Assembly: GCA_000004695.1 (NCBI GenBank)
Contig: CM000151.3
Span: 4,512,001-4,576,000, forward strand
Reading direction: 5' to 3'
Source of the DNA: Dictyostelium discoideum
Lineage: Eukaryota
DNA: 64,000 nucleotides
Shown here: in pieces, positions 1-12,890 of the stretch
How positions within the stretch are numbered: the stretch's first letter is position 1
How the letters are laid out: each line of letters starts with the position of its first letter
The notes under the pieces: model-generated
Databases searched by the model: none
The model's input: only the letters and a program-made list of their open reading frames with translations
What the model was told of the DNA's origin: nothing
Position numbers and translations under genes: made by a program

Positions 1-1139
1 GTGCTTTCACTCGTTTAGGTATTGATCATGGTTACACAATGTATGGTTGCTTCAATGGATTTGGTGGTTTAGCATTGGGTGAAATTGAACAATTACATTG
101 GATGACTGTAAATGGTTGGTCTGTTATGGGTGGTGCAGAATTGGGTACCAATCGTTCCATTCCAAATGATAGTAACATAGAGGCTATCATTGCAACTCTT
201 GAACGTTTTAAAATCAATGCAATTCTAATGTTTGGTGGATTCAATGGTTATTTGGGCATAGCAAAACTCTACGAATATAGAGAGAAATATCAACAACTTA
301 AACGTATCTCAATCATTGGTGCACCTGGTACCATTGCAAACAACGTACCAGGTACAAATATCTCAATTGGAAGTGATACCTCTTTGAATAACACATTGGA
401 TGCATTAGATAAAATCAAACAATCAGCAGTGGCATCACGTCGTTTATTCGTCGTGGAGGTCATGGGTGCCCATTGTGGTTATTTGGCTGCAATGAGTTCT
501 TTAACCTCAGGTGCTGAACGTTCATATATAATGGAAAGAGGTATCACATTGAATACACTAACCAAGGATTTGGAAATGTTTGTTGAACGTTTCAAACGTG
601 AACATAGAATTGGTCTAATTATTAAGAGTGAACTTGCTAGCAACACCTACTCAACTCATTTCATTTATTCACTCTTCAAAGAAGAAGGTAAACATTTATT
701 CGATGTCCGTGAATCTATACTCGGTCATTTACAACAAGGTGGTACTCCTTCTGCAATTGATCGTATCTTTTCAACTCGTTTAATGAATCATTATTATCAA
801 TTCTTGGAAAACGATCTCAAAGAACATGGTCATCTTCAAATGAATGGTTGTATTGGTTTCATTGATGGTGGTATTCATTACACTCCAATGCAAGAAATGA
901 TCGAAGAAATGTCTGATAAATTTAGACGTCCTCGTTCCCAATGGTGGATGGATTTGGTTGAAACCTCTCAAAATATCTCTGTTTTCCCTTTAGATGACCC
1001 TTCCTCTACTAATTTCGAAGGTTGTAATTCAAATTTATCGGAACAAGATAGACCTATTAAAAAATCTGATATTTCTTCTCCAACCTCTTATTCTCAAAAA
1101 ACTTTTGACCCAAATGTTAATCCACAATTTACTCTATAA
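1..1139 (+). CDS. pfkA: 6-phosphofructokinase, C-terminal half (5'-partial; the reading frame is open from the window edge)
   Basis: The ORF reads through from position 3 with no stop. The translation (AFTRLGIDHGYTMYGCFNGFGG...IGAPGTIANNVPGTNISIGSDTSLN...VVEVMGAHCGYLA...LGHLQQGGTPSAIDR) aligns along its length with the C-terminal half of eukaryotic PFK, for example human PFK ...IGADTALNTI...IIETMGGYCGYLA...VLGHMQQGGAPSPFDR. It ends in a roughly 70-aa serine/proline-rich tail before the stop at 1137-1139. Confidence 0.9.
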   Translation, partial: AFTRLGIDHGYTMYGCFNGFGGLALGEIEQLHWMTVNGWSVMGGAELGTNRSIPNDSNIEAIIATLERFKINAILMFGGFNGYLGIAKLYEYREKYQQLKRISIIGAPGTIANNVPGTNISIGSDTSLNNTLDALDKIKQSAVASRRLFVVEVMGAHCGYLAAMSSLTSGAERSYIMERGITLNTLTKDLEMFVERFKREHRIGLIIKSELASNTYSTHFIYSLFKEEGKHLFDVRESILGHLQQGGTPSAIDRIFSTRLMNHYYQFLENDLKEHGHLQMNGCIGFIDGGIHYTPMQEMIEEMSDKFRRPRSQWWMDLVETSQNISVFPLDDPSSTNFEGCNSNLSEQDRPIKKSDISSPTSYSQKTFDPNVNPQFTL

Positions 1140-1163
1140 ATAAATAAAAAAAATAAAAATTAA

Positions 1164-1200
<37 letters not shown>

Positions 1201-1888
1201 AATAATAGCCAATATATTTTCCATTTTATTATTTATTACTTTTTTAAAATTTATTTTTCCTTTTTTTTTCTATTAAAATAAAAAATATTTATTTTCCAAT
1301 TAAAAAAAACTTTAATTTTTCAAACCAAAAATATCAATAAATAAAAAAAAAAGACAAAAAAATAGAAAATTAAGGGAGTTTTCTTAAAATTTGGTAAATA
1401 TTATTTAAGATTTAAAAGATCAACAACTATAGCAAACCAATAGTAATATCTTAAAAATTTACCATTTAAATAAGTGACATAATTTAATCGGGTTTGTAAT
1501 ATTTATAGATTCTGAATAATAATAATTTTAAAAAACTAATTAGATATTTAAGTAAAATTAATTTTTTTTTTTTAAATAGAGAATTCAAAATAAATAAAAA
1601 TAAAAAAATAAAATTAAAATTTTTTTTCAATATCGATTTCAATCCTCCCAAATAATTTTTATTTGAAAAGAAAATATCTTTTTTTTTTTTTTTTGATTTT
1701 TTTTTTGATCTTTTCCACTGCTTTTTACTTTTTTTTTTTTATTTTTTTATTTTTATTTTTTTTACTTTATTTTTTTAAACATATTACAGTGTTATTATTT
1801 TTATCATTATTTTTTTTTTTTTTTTTTTTTTTGATTTGTATATATATTTATTTTCAAAAAAAAAAAAAAAAAAAAAAAAAAATAAAGA

Positions 1889-4195
<2,307 letters not shown>

Positions 4196-4375
4196 ATTTC
4201 ACTACAGTAGCGTAGTGAATTTTATTATTTAATTTCACTACAGTAGCGTAGTGAAAAAAAAAAATCACTGACCTTAAATTTTTTTTTTTTTCAAAAAACA
4301 AATAAAGTTTATTAAATTGAAATTTTATTTTTTGTTTTAATTATTATTTTATTTATTTTTATTATAATTATTGTT

Positions 4376-4414
<39 letters not shown>

Positions 4415-6671
4415 CAATTTTTTTTTTTAAATTTTTTTCAATTTTTATTTGTTTATTAAATTGTAATTTTATTTTTTGTTTTAATTATTATTTTATTTAT
4501 TATTATTGTTAATTTTTTTTTTTTTTCAATTTTTTTTTTTTTAATTTATTTTTATTAATTTATTTTTATTAACTCCCTGAGTTGTTCAATTGCTTGATTT
4601 ACCATATCACTGTAAACACTGCACACAATTGAATTTTTTCTAGCTTTGTTACCTCTGGTGCATTTGATGTTTTTGCATTTTCCTTTGTATACAAAAAAGT
4701 CCAAATATAATTCGTTTTCTATTACAGTTTTTACACAATGTTGGTGAAATTGTTTTGATTTTAATTCTAATGCTTCTAACATCATATTTGGATTTTTAAC
4801 GATTAAAGCATCACCACTATTTACATATAGTACTTTGGCTGCTTTTTCGAGGAATTTAGTCAAATTTTCCTCTGAATCTAACTATTCTTCATTGCCATAT
4901 TCAATGGCTAAATTTCTTAAGAGTTTTATCGAATCTATTAATTCTTCGATCATTCTTTTTTTTTGAAATTTTTTTTTATTTTGTTTTTTCAATTTTTTTT
5001 TTTTATTTTGTTTTTTCAATTTTTTTTAAGTTTTATTTTTTTTTATTTTTTTTTGAAGGCTATTGATTCCATCTTCCAAAAATTCAAGTTTATAAAGTTG
5101 TTTAGTGTCTTCCTGTATTACCTTATGAATTTTACACAAAATCAATATTTTCTATTAGAATTAAATATAAAATTTGTTAATTATTACTGTTTCATATATT
5201 ATTAATCTTTATGTTTTAATTACTTACATTATTTTTTTTAATTTCTAGAAAGAGTACAGTATCACCAACTTTCAATCCCTTTGGTGGTTTTGAATTCCAT
5301 TGATTTTGGTAACTTGTGAGATTTTCAAGAATAATAGCTGTTCTTTCTTCTTTTGAAACATCTGAAACACCAATTGATTGAGAGTCTTGTTCTGATTGAA
5401 CATTAATAAACAAAGGAACAATACCAACAGCTTGAGATGGTGTCATTTTAATTGTTCTTGTTTTTGTATTATTGTAATCATACAAAGCTTGTTTTAATAG
5501 TTCAGAAAGAGACCTAGAAGTACCATCAAGAAAACTAAAATTTATTTATAAATGATTAATTAATAAACATATCGATAATTTATATTGTTCACAATATCAT
5601 ACTCTTGTTGTTTTAATTTTGAGATCCTCTCCTTGATAGTTCGATTCAATCTTTCTACCATACCTTGAGTTGTTGGTGTACGAGGAGCTCCATGTGCTGA
5701 CTTGGAGCCTGGAAAAAGTTTTAGGAATTCTTTTTGGACTTTGTTTTTAAATTCACGTCCATTATCGCAGTGCCATACTTTCACAGGTTTGCCAAAGTAC
5801 GTGAGAGCCAAAAAATTGTATATGGGAACTGTTCTCTTTGTTGTCAAACATCTAAAAAATAAATGATAATTAAAATAAAAAAAGAAAACTAATAAATTAA
5901 TAAATAAAAAATAAATACCTTCCAGTAGCAAATTTTGTAAAAGAATCTATGCATAGAATAATGTAAACAACATCGGTGTCGTACGGTTGTACAGAGTCAT
6001 ATTGGATAAGATCATCTAGTTTAGTTAGTATCTTTTCATTATCATCATCGTATGTAACTTTTTCTTTATGTTCACCTTTAATTGATGTTAAATCATAAAC
6101 CAATCTTGAGTATTCCTCGGTATCTACAATTGGAGCAAAATCCTTTGTTATACCTATTAATTTATTTAAATTATTAAAAGAGTTTTAATATAAAAGTTAC
6201 AAAACATCATATAAAAATGATTGATACCAAACCTTTTATTCTATTTCGTTGGCAAATGTCACACGTATCTACTGCATCAGATACAAAAGAATACAATCCC
6301 ATATTATAATATTTAGTCTTGTAGTTCCCATAGGTTGCATCTCTTCCTATATGACCTTTATGCATTTCTTCCCAGAGTGATACCATTCTATAATCATTAA
6401 TTACTTCTAAACACACTTCTTTTGATATATTTCTATCTCCGCCACAATTCATGACTTTTTTTTCAATTCTAAATAATTTTTCTTTTCTGTTTCTGTTTTT
6501 TATTGGTCAGAATTTAAAAAATGATTGTGTTATTGTAAGGAAAAATATTTACTCATCATGTAAAAATTTATAATTTTTATGTTTAGTATTTTCAAAATTA
6601 TTATCTTCAATAAATTTTAAATAATTTATAATTTCATTTATTTTATCTTGTTTCATTTTGGGAAAATGAAA

Positions 6672-6706
<35 letters not shown>

Positions 6707-6983
6707 TGTTGGGGAAAAAAAAAAAAAGTTTTGGCCCAAAAAAAAAAAAAAAAATAAAATAAAAAAAAAAAAAAATAAAATAAAAAAAAAAAAAAATAAA
6801 AAAACTTATATAGAACTAATAATCAAATAAAAGATAATAATTTAATAAACTTTATTTGTTTTTTGAAAAAAAAAAAATTTAGGGTCAGTGATTTTTTTTT
6901 TTCACTACGCTACTGTAGTGAAATTAAATAATAAAATTCACTACGCTACTGTAGTGAAATTTTATTGAAAATTCCCTACAACA
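4196..6983. mobile_element. TIR DNA transposon of about 2.8 kb encoding a retroviral-type DDE integrase, resembling the Dictyostelium Tdd-4/DDT class; inserted in a coding exon
   Basis: Terminal inverted repeats: 4196-4281 (aatttcactacagtagcgtagtgaattttattatttaatttcactacagtagcgtagtgaaaaaaaaaaatcactgaccttaaattt) is the reverse complement of 6877-6961. Each arm holds two copies of the near-palindrome ttcactacagtagcgtagtgaa. The right end extends to ...gaaaattccctacaacaa, which is the same terminus as the second element at 11607-11622. Inside are minus-strand ORFs with an integrase HHCC zinc finger and a DDE catalytic core. Confidence 0.8.
4555..6452 (-). CDS. Transposon integrase (HHCC zinc-binding domain, DDE core, GDTV C-terminal region); fragmented across several frames (introns and/or decay)
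   Basis: Minus-strand ORFs: 6207..6452 (HKGH...CDICQRN, an HHCC motif); 5897..6103 and 5560..5931 (VWHCDNGREF...HGAPRTPTTQGMVERLNRTIKE, the D,D(35)E signature of retroviral/retrotransposon integrases); 5216..5485 (KVGDTVLF, C-terminal region); and 4555..4863. The frames differ between segments, as expected for the intron-interrupted integrase ORFs reported for Tdd-4. Confidence 0.55.
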
Positions 6984-9351
6984 ATCATTATTCATGGTAA
7001 ACAATTTAGAAATGATTACTTTTATTCAAAATTTGGTGATCAAGCAAATTTAAATGTATTTTCAAATGGTATGTTTAAAAAACTATTTAAATTTAATTTT
7101 TTATATTATTTTTTTAAACTATTAAATTAATATTCTGGTTCTAATTTTTTTTTTTTTTTTTACTTAATTTTTTATAGATTGTTTTGAATTTCCACCAAGA
7201 GTTTCAAATTTAACTTTATTATCTAGTAATAGCGTTACATTAAACTCTAATCAAACTATTGGATGGGAAATTGTAATTGATAGTGGTGGTGGTATTAAAA
7301 TTAGTTATGTATTTATACATGTAATTTCAAATTTAGATAAAAAAGGATACACATTTGAATTCTATCCAAACTCTACCTCATGGGAAACCACAATTGGAAT
7401 TGCTCTATCACCAGAAACAACACCATCACAAATATTTAAAATTTATAATGCAACTATTATTGACGAAAGAGGAATTAGATCGGACCATATTGATAGTTTT
7501 AAAGTTGATGAAATTTTTTCAAATCAAAGTCCAATTTATCCAATTTCAATTTCACCATTTTATTTATTTGATCTTAGTTTATTTAGCATAACAGTTAATT
7601 CACCATTCATTACTGAATCTGTTCCACCAACAATTACACTTGTAACCCTACCATTTGAAAATGTAGATGATTTTTTACAATATTCAATTTTCTTTCAATT
7701 AGTGTCAACTGATAATGTTGGTATATTAAAAAGCCATATACCACAAGTTTATTTATCGCATTCATCAAACTATGGAGATTTACAAATTTTCCAATGTAAT
7801 ACAGCTATTAATGATACGTCTGAAACAACTTGTAATTATTATGTTACTTGTAAAGTTGAATATGGTTATGGTATTCAAAACCCTGTATCTGTTTTAGTTT
7901 ATGGTGTTGTTGATACTAGTTTCAATGTTGCAAGCTATAGTAGTTTAAGTGAATCCCAAACCTTTGATTTTAATGGTCTTTCCAATAAAAAAACACCTTC
8001 AATTTCAAGTTGGACACCATTAACACCATATAATAATAAATTAACAATTTTTGGTAGAAATTTCCCAACATCAGGTGGAAGTGCTTATTTATATTATACA
8101 GATAGTGATATTGATAATTTAGTAACTTTGAAATTTATTCATTCATCATCTGTAATGGCAGTTTTAGAAATTGGACAAGGTTTAAAACCATTTGTAGTTT
8201 ATACTCAAAATTCAAATAATGAAAAATCTAATAAAGTTGAAATTCATTATTTAGGAATTCCAACATCTTCTTCATCCTCATCTTCATCATCAGATGATGA
8301 TTCAACATTACCACCAGTTTTATGTTTTGATAATTGTGGTGGAACATCAAGAGGTACTTGTATTCCAAATGTTGGATGTAATTGTAAATCACCATATAGT
8401 GGTATAAATTGTCTTTCTGAAACAATTAAAATTCCAAAACCTCAAACAAATACAACATCACCAGATTCAAGAAATGAATTCCCTATTAGTGGTTCAGATA
8501 TTAAACTAAATACAATCATTTCAATTGTAGCATTAAGAGAATTAGATTTTCAAGGTAAACAGGTTAATATTCATTATTTTGATAGTTGGAATTTTACAAC
8601 AATATCTCAAACCAATTTCACATATAGATCACCAATTTTAAAAAACAATCAACATGTTTCAAATATATCAGTAGCAATGGAATGGCATGAACAATCTACA
8701 ACTATTACATTTGCAAAACAAAATCTCACAATTAATCCATCAACTTTGAAATATTATATTTCATTAGATAAATACCCATTTGCATCATCATTAAATACAC
8801 TTGATTTAATCATTAAATCAATGTTTAAAAGTTCACAAACTGATGATGTATGTGGCAGTAAAGGATTTTCATTAAATGATGGAAATGATTATATGACATT
8901 ACAAATTGGAACATACTCATTTGAAGGTAAATTTATAAAAAAAGCAATTATCAATGGCAATAGAATTGTAACAATAAATAATAAATTATTAAATGAAAAT
9001 CAACTAAATAGTAATTCAACTATAACTAAAGAAAAAGATTCATCAAATCAACTTTCATCCTTTATCTCAATTGAAATACCTCATTATGATTCAAATGTAT
9101 TATTAGATCCAAGTTTTTCAGTTTTATTAGATTCAAATGAATCATATAAAAACTCTGAAAATTCAATTTGTACTTCAAAAAAATCCTCAAAACTTACTAC
9201 CGCTCAAATAATTGCTATTGTTATTGTTTCTGTAGTTTTTGTAATAATTCTAGCTCTCTTTATAATCGTTAAATTTTCAAAATCTGATAAATTTTTATCT
9301 ATAAGAATTTTCTATTATAAATTATTTAAACGATTTAAGAAAAAGTATTAA
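6984..9351 (+). CDS. 3' part of the same membrane protein gene (exons 6984..7068 and 7178..9351), with an EGF-like Cys-rich module, a transmembrane helix and a short basic tail
   Basis: The frame is open from the transposon end (IIIHGKQFRNDYFYSKFGDQANLNVFSNG, then a GTATGT donor at 7069). An acceptor at 7176-7177 leads into the long ORF 7702..9351 (CFDNCGGTSRGTCIPNVGCNCKSPYSGINC; ALRELDF...TMNPSTLKYYISLDKYPF; IIAIVIVSVVFVIILALFIIV as the TM helix). A TIG-like motif is present (KLTIFGRNFPTSGGSAYLYY). The region is co-linear with the paralog. Confidence 0.65.
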
Positions 9352-9959
9352 ATTTATTTTTTAAAAAATAATATTAATTGTAAAATAAAGTTTAAAAAAT
9401 AGTTTTTATTAAATAGTTAAAGATTAATGTTTTTTTTTATACCTTTATTTTAATTTTTATTTATTATTTTTATTATAATAATCAGTAAATTTTTGAAAAC
9501 TATTGAATTTTTGGAATATAAATCCACCATTTAATTAATTACTACCAAGTGGTTAAACTTGGATGAAAATCCATTAGTAATTTTATTAATTAAATAATCT
9601 TTCAAAACTGGTAATTTTGAAATAGATAATTTTTTCCCAATCGTATTCGTTGTATGGGCTATCTGTTGATAATAACCAATGAAAAAGATGAAAGCAATCT
9701 TCTTTGATAGCACACGCTAATAATTCTTGTAATAATGTTTTTAAAAAACTCTTTACCCAATTCCTTAATGATTCTATGTGAAAGAAGATATTTAAAAGTT
9801 ATTAAATCAACACCATCATCATTATTAATAATTCTTTTTAAAAAAACTGAATAAATTAAATTTGCATGATTATCTGTAAACTTTTCACAGGTTATTATTT
9901 TTTCAAGCATATCAATTCTTCTATTCTTAATTGAATGATATATTAAACTTTCAAAAAAA

Positions 9960-10176
9960 TTGTTGAAGGGAATTTTTTTTGAAATTTCGCTTTTTAAACG
10001 GCAGTGAATTTTTACACTAAAATACACTGTTTATGCATGGTGTAAAAATTCACTAAATTTTTTTTTTTTTATAATTAAATTAAAAAACAATTTATTTAAT
10101 CAGAAAAATAAAAAACCAATTTTATTCAGTTATTTGCTTGTTATTTATTTTTTTATAACAAAAAAATTTAGTTTGC

Positions 10177-10235
<59 letters not shown>

Positions 10236-10327
10236 CAATTATTTTTTTCAATTTTTTTTTTTATCGATTGTTTTCATTTTTGGGGAATAAAATAAAATTG
10301 TTCGATAAAAAAAAAATTGAAAAAAAT

Positions 10328-10370
<43 letters not shown>

Positions 10371-10569
10371 GGTTTATATTTTAATTATGGTATTCATTAT
10401 TGTTTATATAATTATTTTTAGTATTTATATTATTTATAATTATAAACTCGAGTTAATAGAATTATTATTATTATTATTATTTAAATGTGGGTCAACTATA
10501 ATTAGTGTCTTAGTTCACTTATTTAATATTAACTTATTTTTGTGTCTTCGTTACATAAAAAAAAAAATG

Positions 10570-10603
<34 letters not shown>

Positions 10604-11622
10604 AAAAAAAAAATAAAAAAAAAAAGAAAAATAAAAAAAAAAAGAAAAATAAAAAATAAAAAAAAAAATAAAAAAAATAAAAAAAAAATAAAAAAAAAAG
10701 AGGGGTACCCCCTAAAAAAAAAGAGGGTACCCCCCTAAAAAAAATAATAATTTTAATAATAATAATAATAATAATAATAAAAATGAAAATTAATATTTAA
10801 ATAAAAAAAAGAGGGTACCCCCCTAAAAAATGTTGGAATTTAATTAAATTTATTTTTTATTTTTTTTATTTTTTAATTTTATTTTTTTTATTTTTTAATT
10901 TAAAAAATGTTGATATAAAACAAAAAAATTTTTTCAAAAAAAACATTTCAAATTATTAACAAATTATATTATTATACTTTAATGTATGTGTACAATTTTA
11001 AAAATTTAAAATTTGTTCTATTTTTATCAATCATATCATGTATATTTATTAATTAAATCTCATATATTCTTATTCCCAGCAAATGACATCAGGTGGAATC
11101 GTACAACCAGGCCAAAATCTCTCACAACGTCCAATAAACGGCCAATATGGCTGGGGACCAGCAGCAGGAAGTGCCGCAAATCCACGTGGCGATCTCCGTG
11201 GTTACACTTACAATATTAGATAGTTTCGCTGTCTATTTCTGAATATTCAGAAATCTTTGTTTAATGCCAAAAATAGTAGATATCTATTATATTTTCTCAT
11301 TTTATAAATCTGATAAGATCTGTCTTAAATAAAAAAAATCAAATTTTTTTATAAATTAAAAAAAATCATTTCCGCAAATCCGCAAAAAATAGCGGGAATT
11401 AAATTATTTATTGTTTTTTAAATTGTTTTTTTTGCGTGATATGAAATGAACAGCAAATGAACAACGTGTGAGTTGTATTAGCTGATGGTAAATTGTTGTT
11501 AATTTATAAAAAAAAAAAAAAAATTTTAGTGAATTTTTACACTACGCATAAACAGTGTATTTTAGTGTAAAAATTCACTGCCGTTTAGAAAGCGAAATTT
11601 CAAAAAAAATTCCCTACAACAA
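9960..11622. mobile_element. Non-autonomous TIR element of about 1.66 kb from the same family as the integrase-bearing element (identical 16-nt terminus, different subterminal hairpin repeats)
   Basis: 9960-10050 (ttgttgaagggaattttttttgaaatttcgctttttaaacggcagtgaatttttacactaaaatacactgtttatgcatggtgtaaaaattcacta) is the reverse complement of 11527-11622 (...aaaaaaaattccctacaacaa). Each TIR contains an internal hairpin (agtgaatttttacac...gtgtaaaaattcact). The interior is homopolymer and low-complexity DNA with no credible ORF. Confidence 0.75.
10685..10835. repeat. Three dispersed copies of an aaaaagagggtacccccctaaaaaa motif, with a palindromic GGGTACCC core, inside the non-autonomous element
   Basis: Copies lie at about 10689-10706, 10717-10737 and 10808-10826. 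They are the only G/C-rich islands in an otherwise A/T homopolymer interior. Confidence 0.6.
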
Positions 11623-11791
11623 AATCATTTAATTGCTTTTGGTTGTATTCTGGGAATAAACAACCAATTGTTTCAATGATTGTTTGGGATTTATTGGTTT
11701 TAAATATATCAATTAATAAATAAGATTTGTGTAAATTTAATTGATAAATTGGGTTTGTATGGATTTAATTTTTTTTCAAAAATACTATCAA

Positions 11792-12301
11792 TCATACTAT
11801 TATTAAAGGTATTGATACCAATACCAACCATACTATTATTAAAGATATTGATACCAATCGTACTATGGTTAAACGTATTGATACATTAATATTATTACCA
11901 ATTGTATTTAATAATAATTCTAAAAATTCTAAATCATTGGAACTTAAAACTTTTTCAATGAGATATTTAATTGTTTTAGTTTCAATATTAATGAGTTTAA
12001 TGAATGATGTTAAATTTGATTTAAAATTATTCTTTTCTGAAAAGAAATCATATAATGTTTCATCTAAATCTCTAATGAATACTAATATTTGTTTTTGTGA
12101 TGTTTCTTTAAATTTTAATAAACTTGAAATATATAATTCACTGGAAATTGGTAAAAGTTTTAATTTTAAACAATTTAAAAATGATTTTGAATTTGGATTG
12201 AATTCATTTACACTTGATAGTTTATCAATGAATTTTGATATCTTTTCACTATCTTGAATTGTTGTTGAACAATCTTGGAAACAATCTTTTTTTTTGATCA
12301 C
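11792..12301 (-). CDS. Hypothetical protein, 5' exon; its putative 3' exon lies beyond the non-autonomous element, at about 9659..9950 (minus strand)
   Basis: The ORF starts MIKKKDCFQDCSTTIQDSEKISKFIDKLSSVNEFNPNSKSFLNCLKLKLL.... Its C-terminal 25-30 codons read through 33-bp tandem repeats (11795-11895), so they are probably intronic; a GTAATA donor lies near 11893. A second open frame (..DNHANLIYSVFLKRIINNDDGVDLITFKYLLSHRIIKELGKEFFKNIITRIISVCYQRRL..) follows the element and has similar composition. No homolog was recognised. Confidence 0.3.
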   Translation of the reverse strand: MIKKKDCFQDCSTTIQDSEKISKFIDKLSSVNEFNPNSKSFLNCLKLKLLPISSELYISSLLKFKETSQKQILVFIRDLDETLYDFFSEKNNFKSNLTSFIKLINIETKTIKYLIEKVLSSNDLEFLELLLNTIGNNINVSIRLTIVRLVSISLIIVWLVLVSIPLIIV

Positions 12302-12794
12302 CTATTTCTTAAAAAGTTTTTTTTTTTTTTTTTTTTATCCCTAATACTAAAATTATAATTTGATGGTCAAATTATAATTTTTACGAGTTCATTTTTTTTT
12401 TTTAGATATTTATTTAATAATTGATTATTTGATTTATTTATTTTTTTAAATTTATTATTTAGTTTTTAATAAAAAAAAAAAATAAAAAATAATTAGAAAC
12501 CAAATAATCAAATATTTATTTAATAAAAAAGAACTTAATTTATAAAACTTGTGCCAATAAAAAAAAAAAAAAAAAAAAAAAAAATAGGCACATAAAAAAA
12601 ATGCACTAAAAATAAAAAAAAAAAAAAAAAAATTAAAAAAACGAAAAAAAAAAAAACGAAGAAAAGTCCCACAAACTAGACCAATGATTGTTTTGTACTT
12701 TAGAACGAATCATAACAACCAAACAATTCGACAATAAGTAGGTAATTCTTATCTATAGAATGTTTTCTACGGAATCATTCAATACATAAAATTA

Positions 12795-12890
12795 CAACTT
12801 TATGATGACCCAATACTTTAAGAACATCCAATCATGTTTAAAAGTGTCATGCAAAGGGTAGCACCTTTGTCATGACTGTCTGATTTCCTA
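12795..12890 (+). ncRNA. Candidate box C/D snoRNA
   Basis: There is a 240-bp island (12661-12900) of ordinary base composition with no ORF in a roughly 90% AT intergenic region. It contains tatgatga (a box C RUGAUGA) at 12801-12808 and ctga (box D) at 12880-12883, about 75 nt apart. An internal tgac/ctga could serve as C'/D'. Confidence 0.25.

Noticed and set aside
10685-10835. CRISPR-like reading of the three spaced GGGTACCC-containing repeats
   Set aside because: This is a eukaryotic genome. There are only three irregularly spaced copies and the spacers are pure homopolymer, so it is not a CRISPR array.
11013-11219. 68-aa ORF inside the non-autonomous element
   Set aside because: It is short and Arg/Ser/Trp-rich with no start context, no homology and no second exon. 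It is more likely chance in the only non-homopolymer part of the element.
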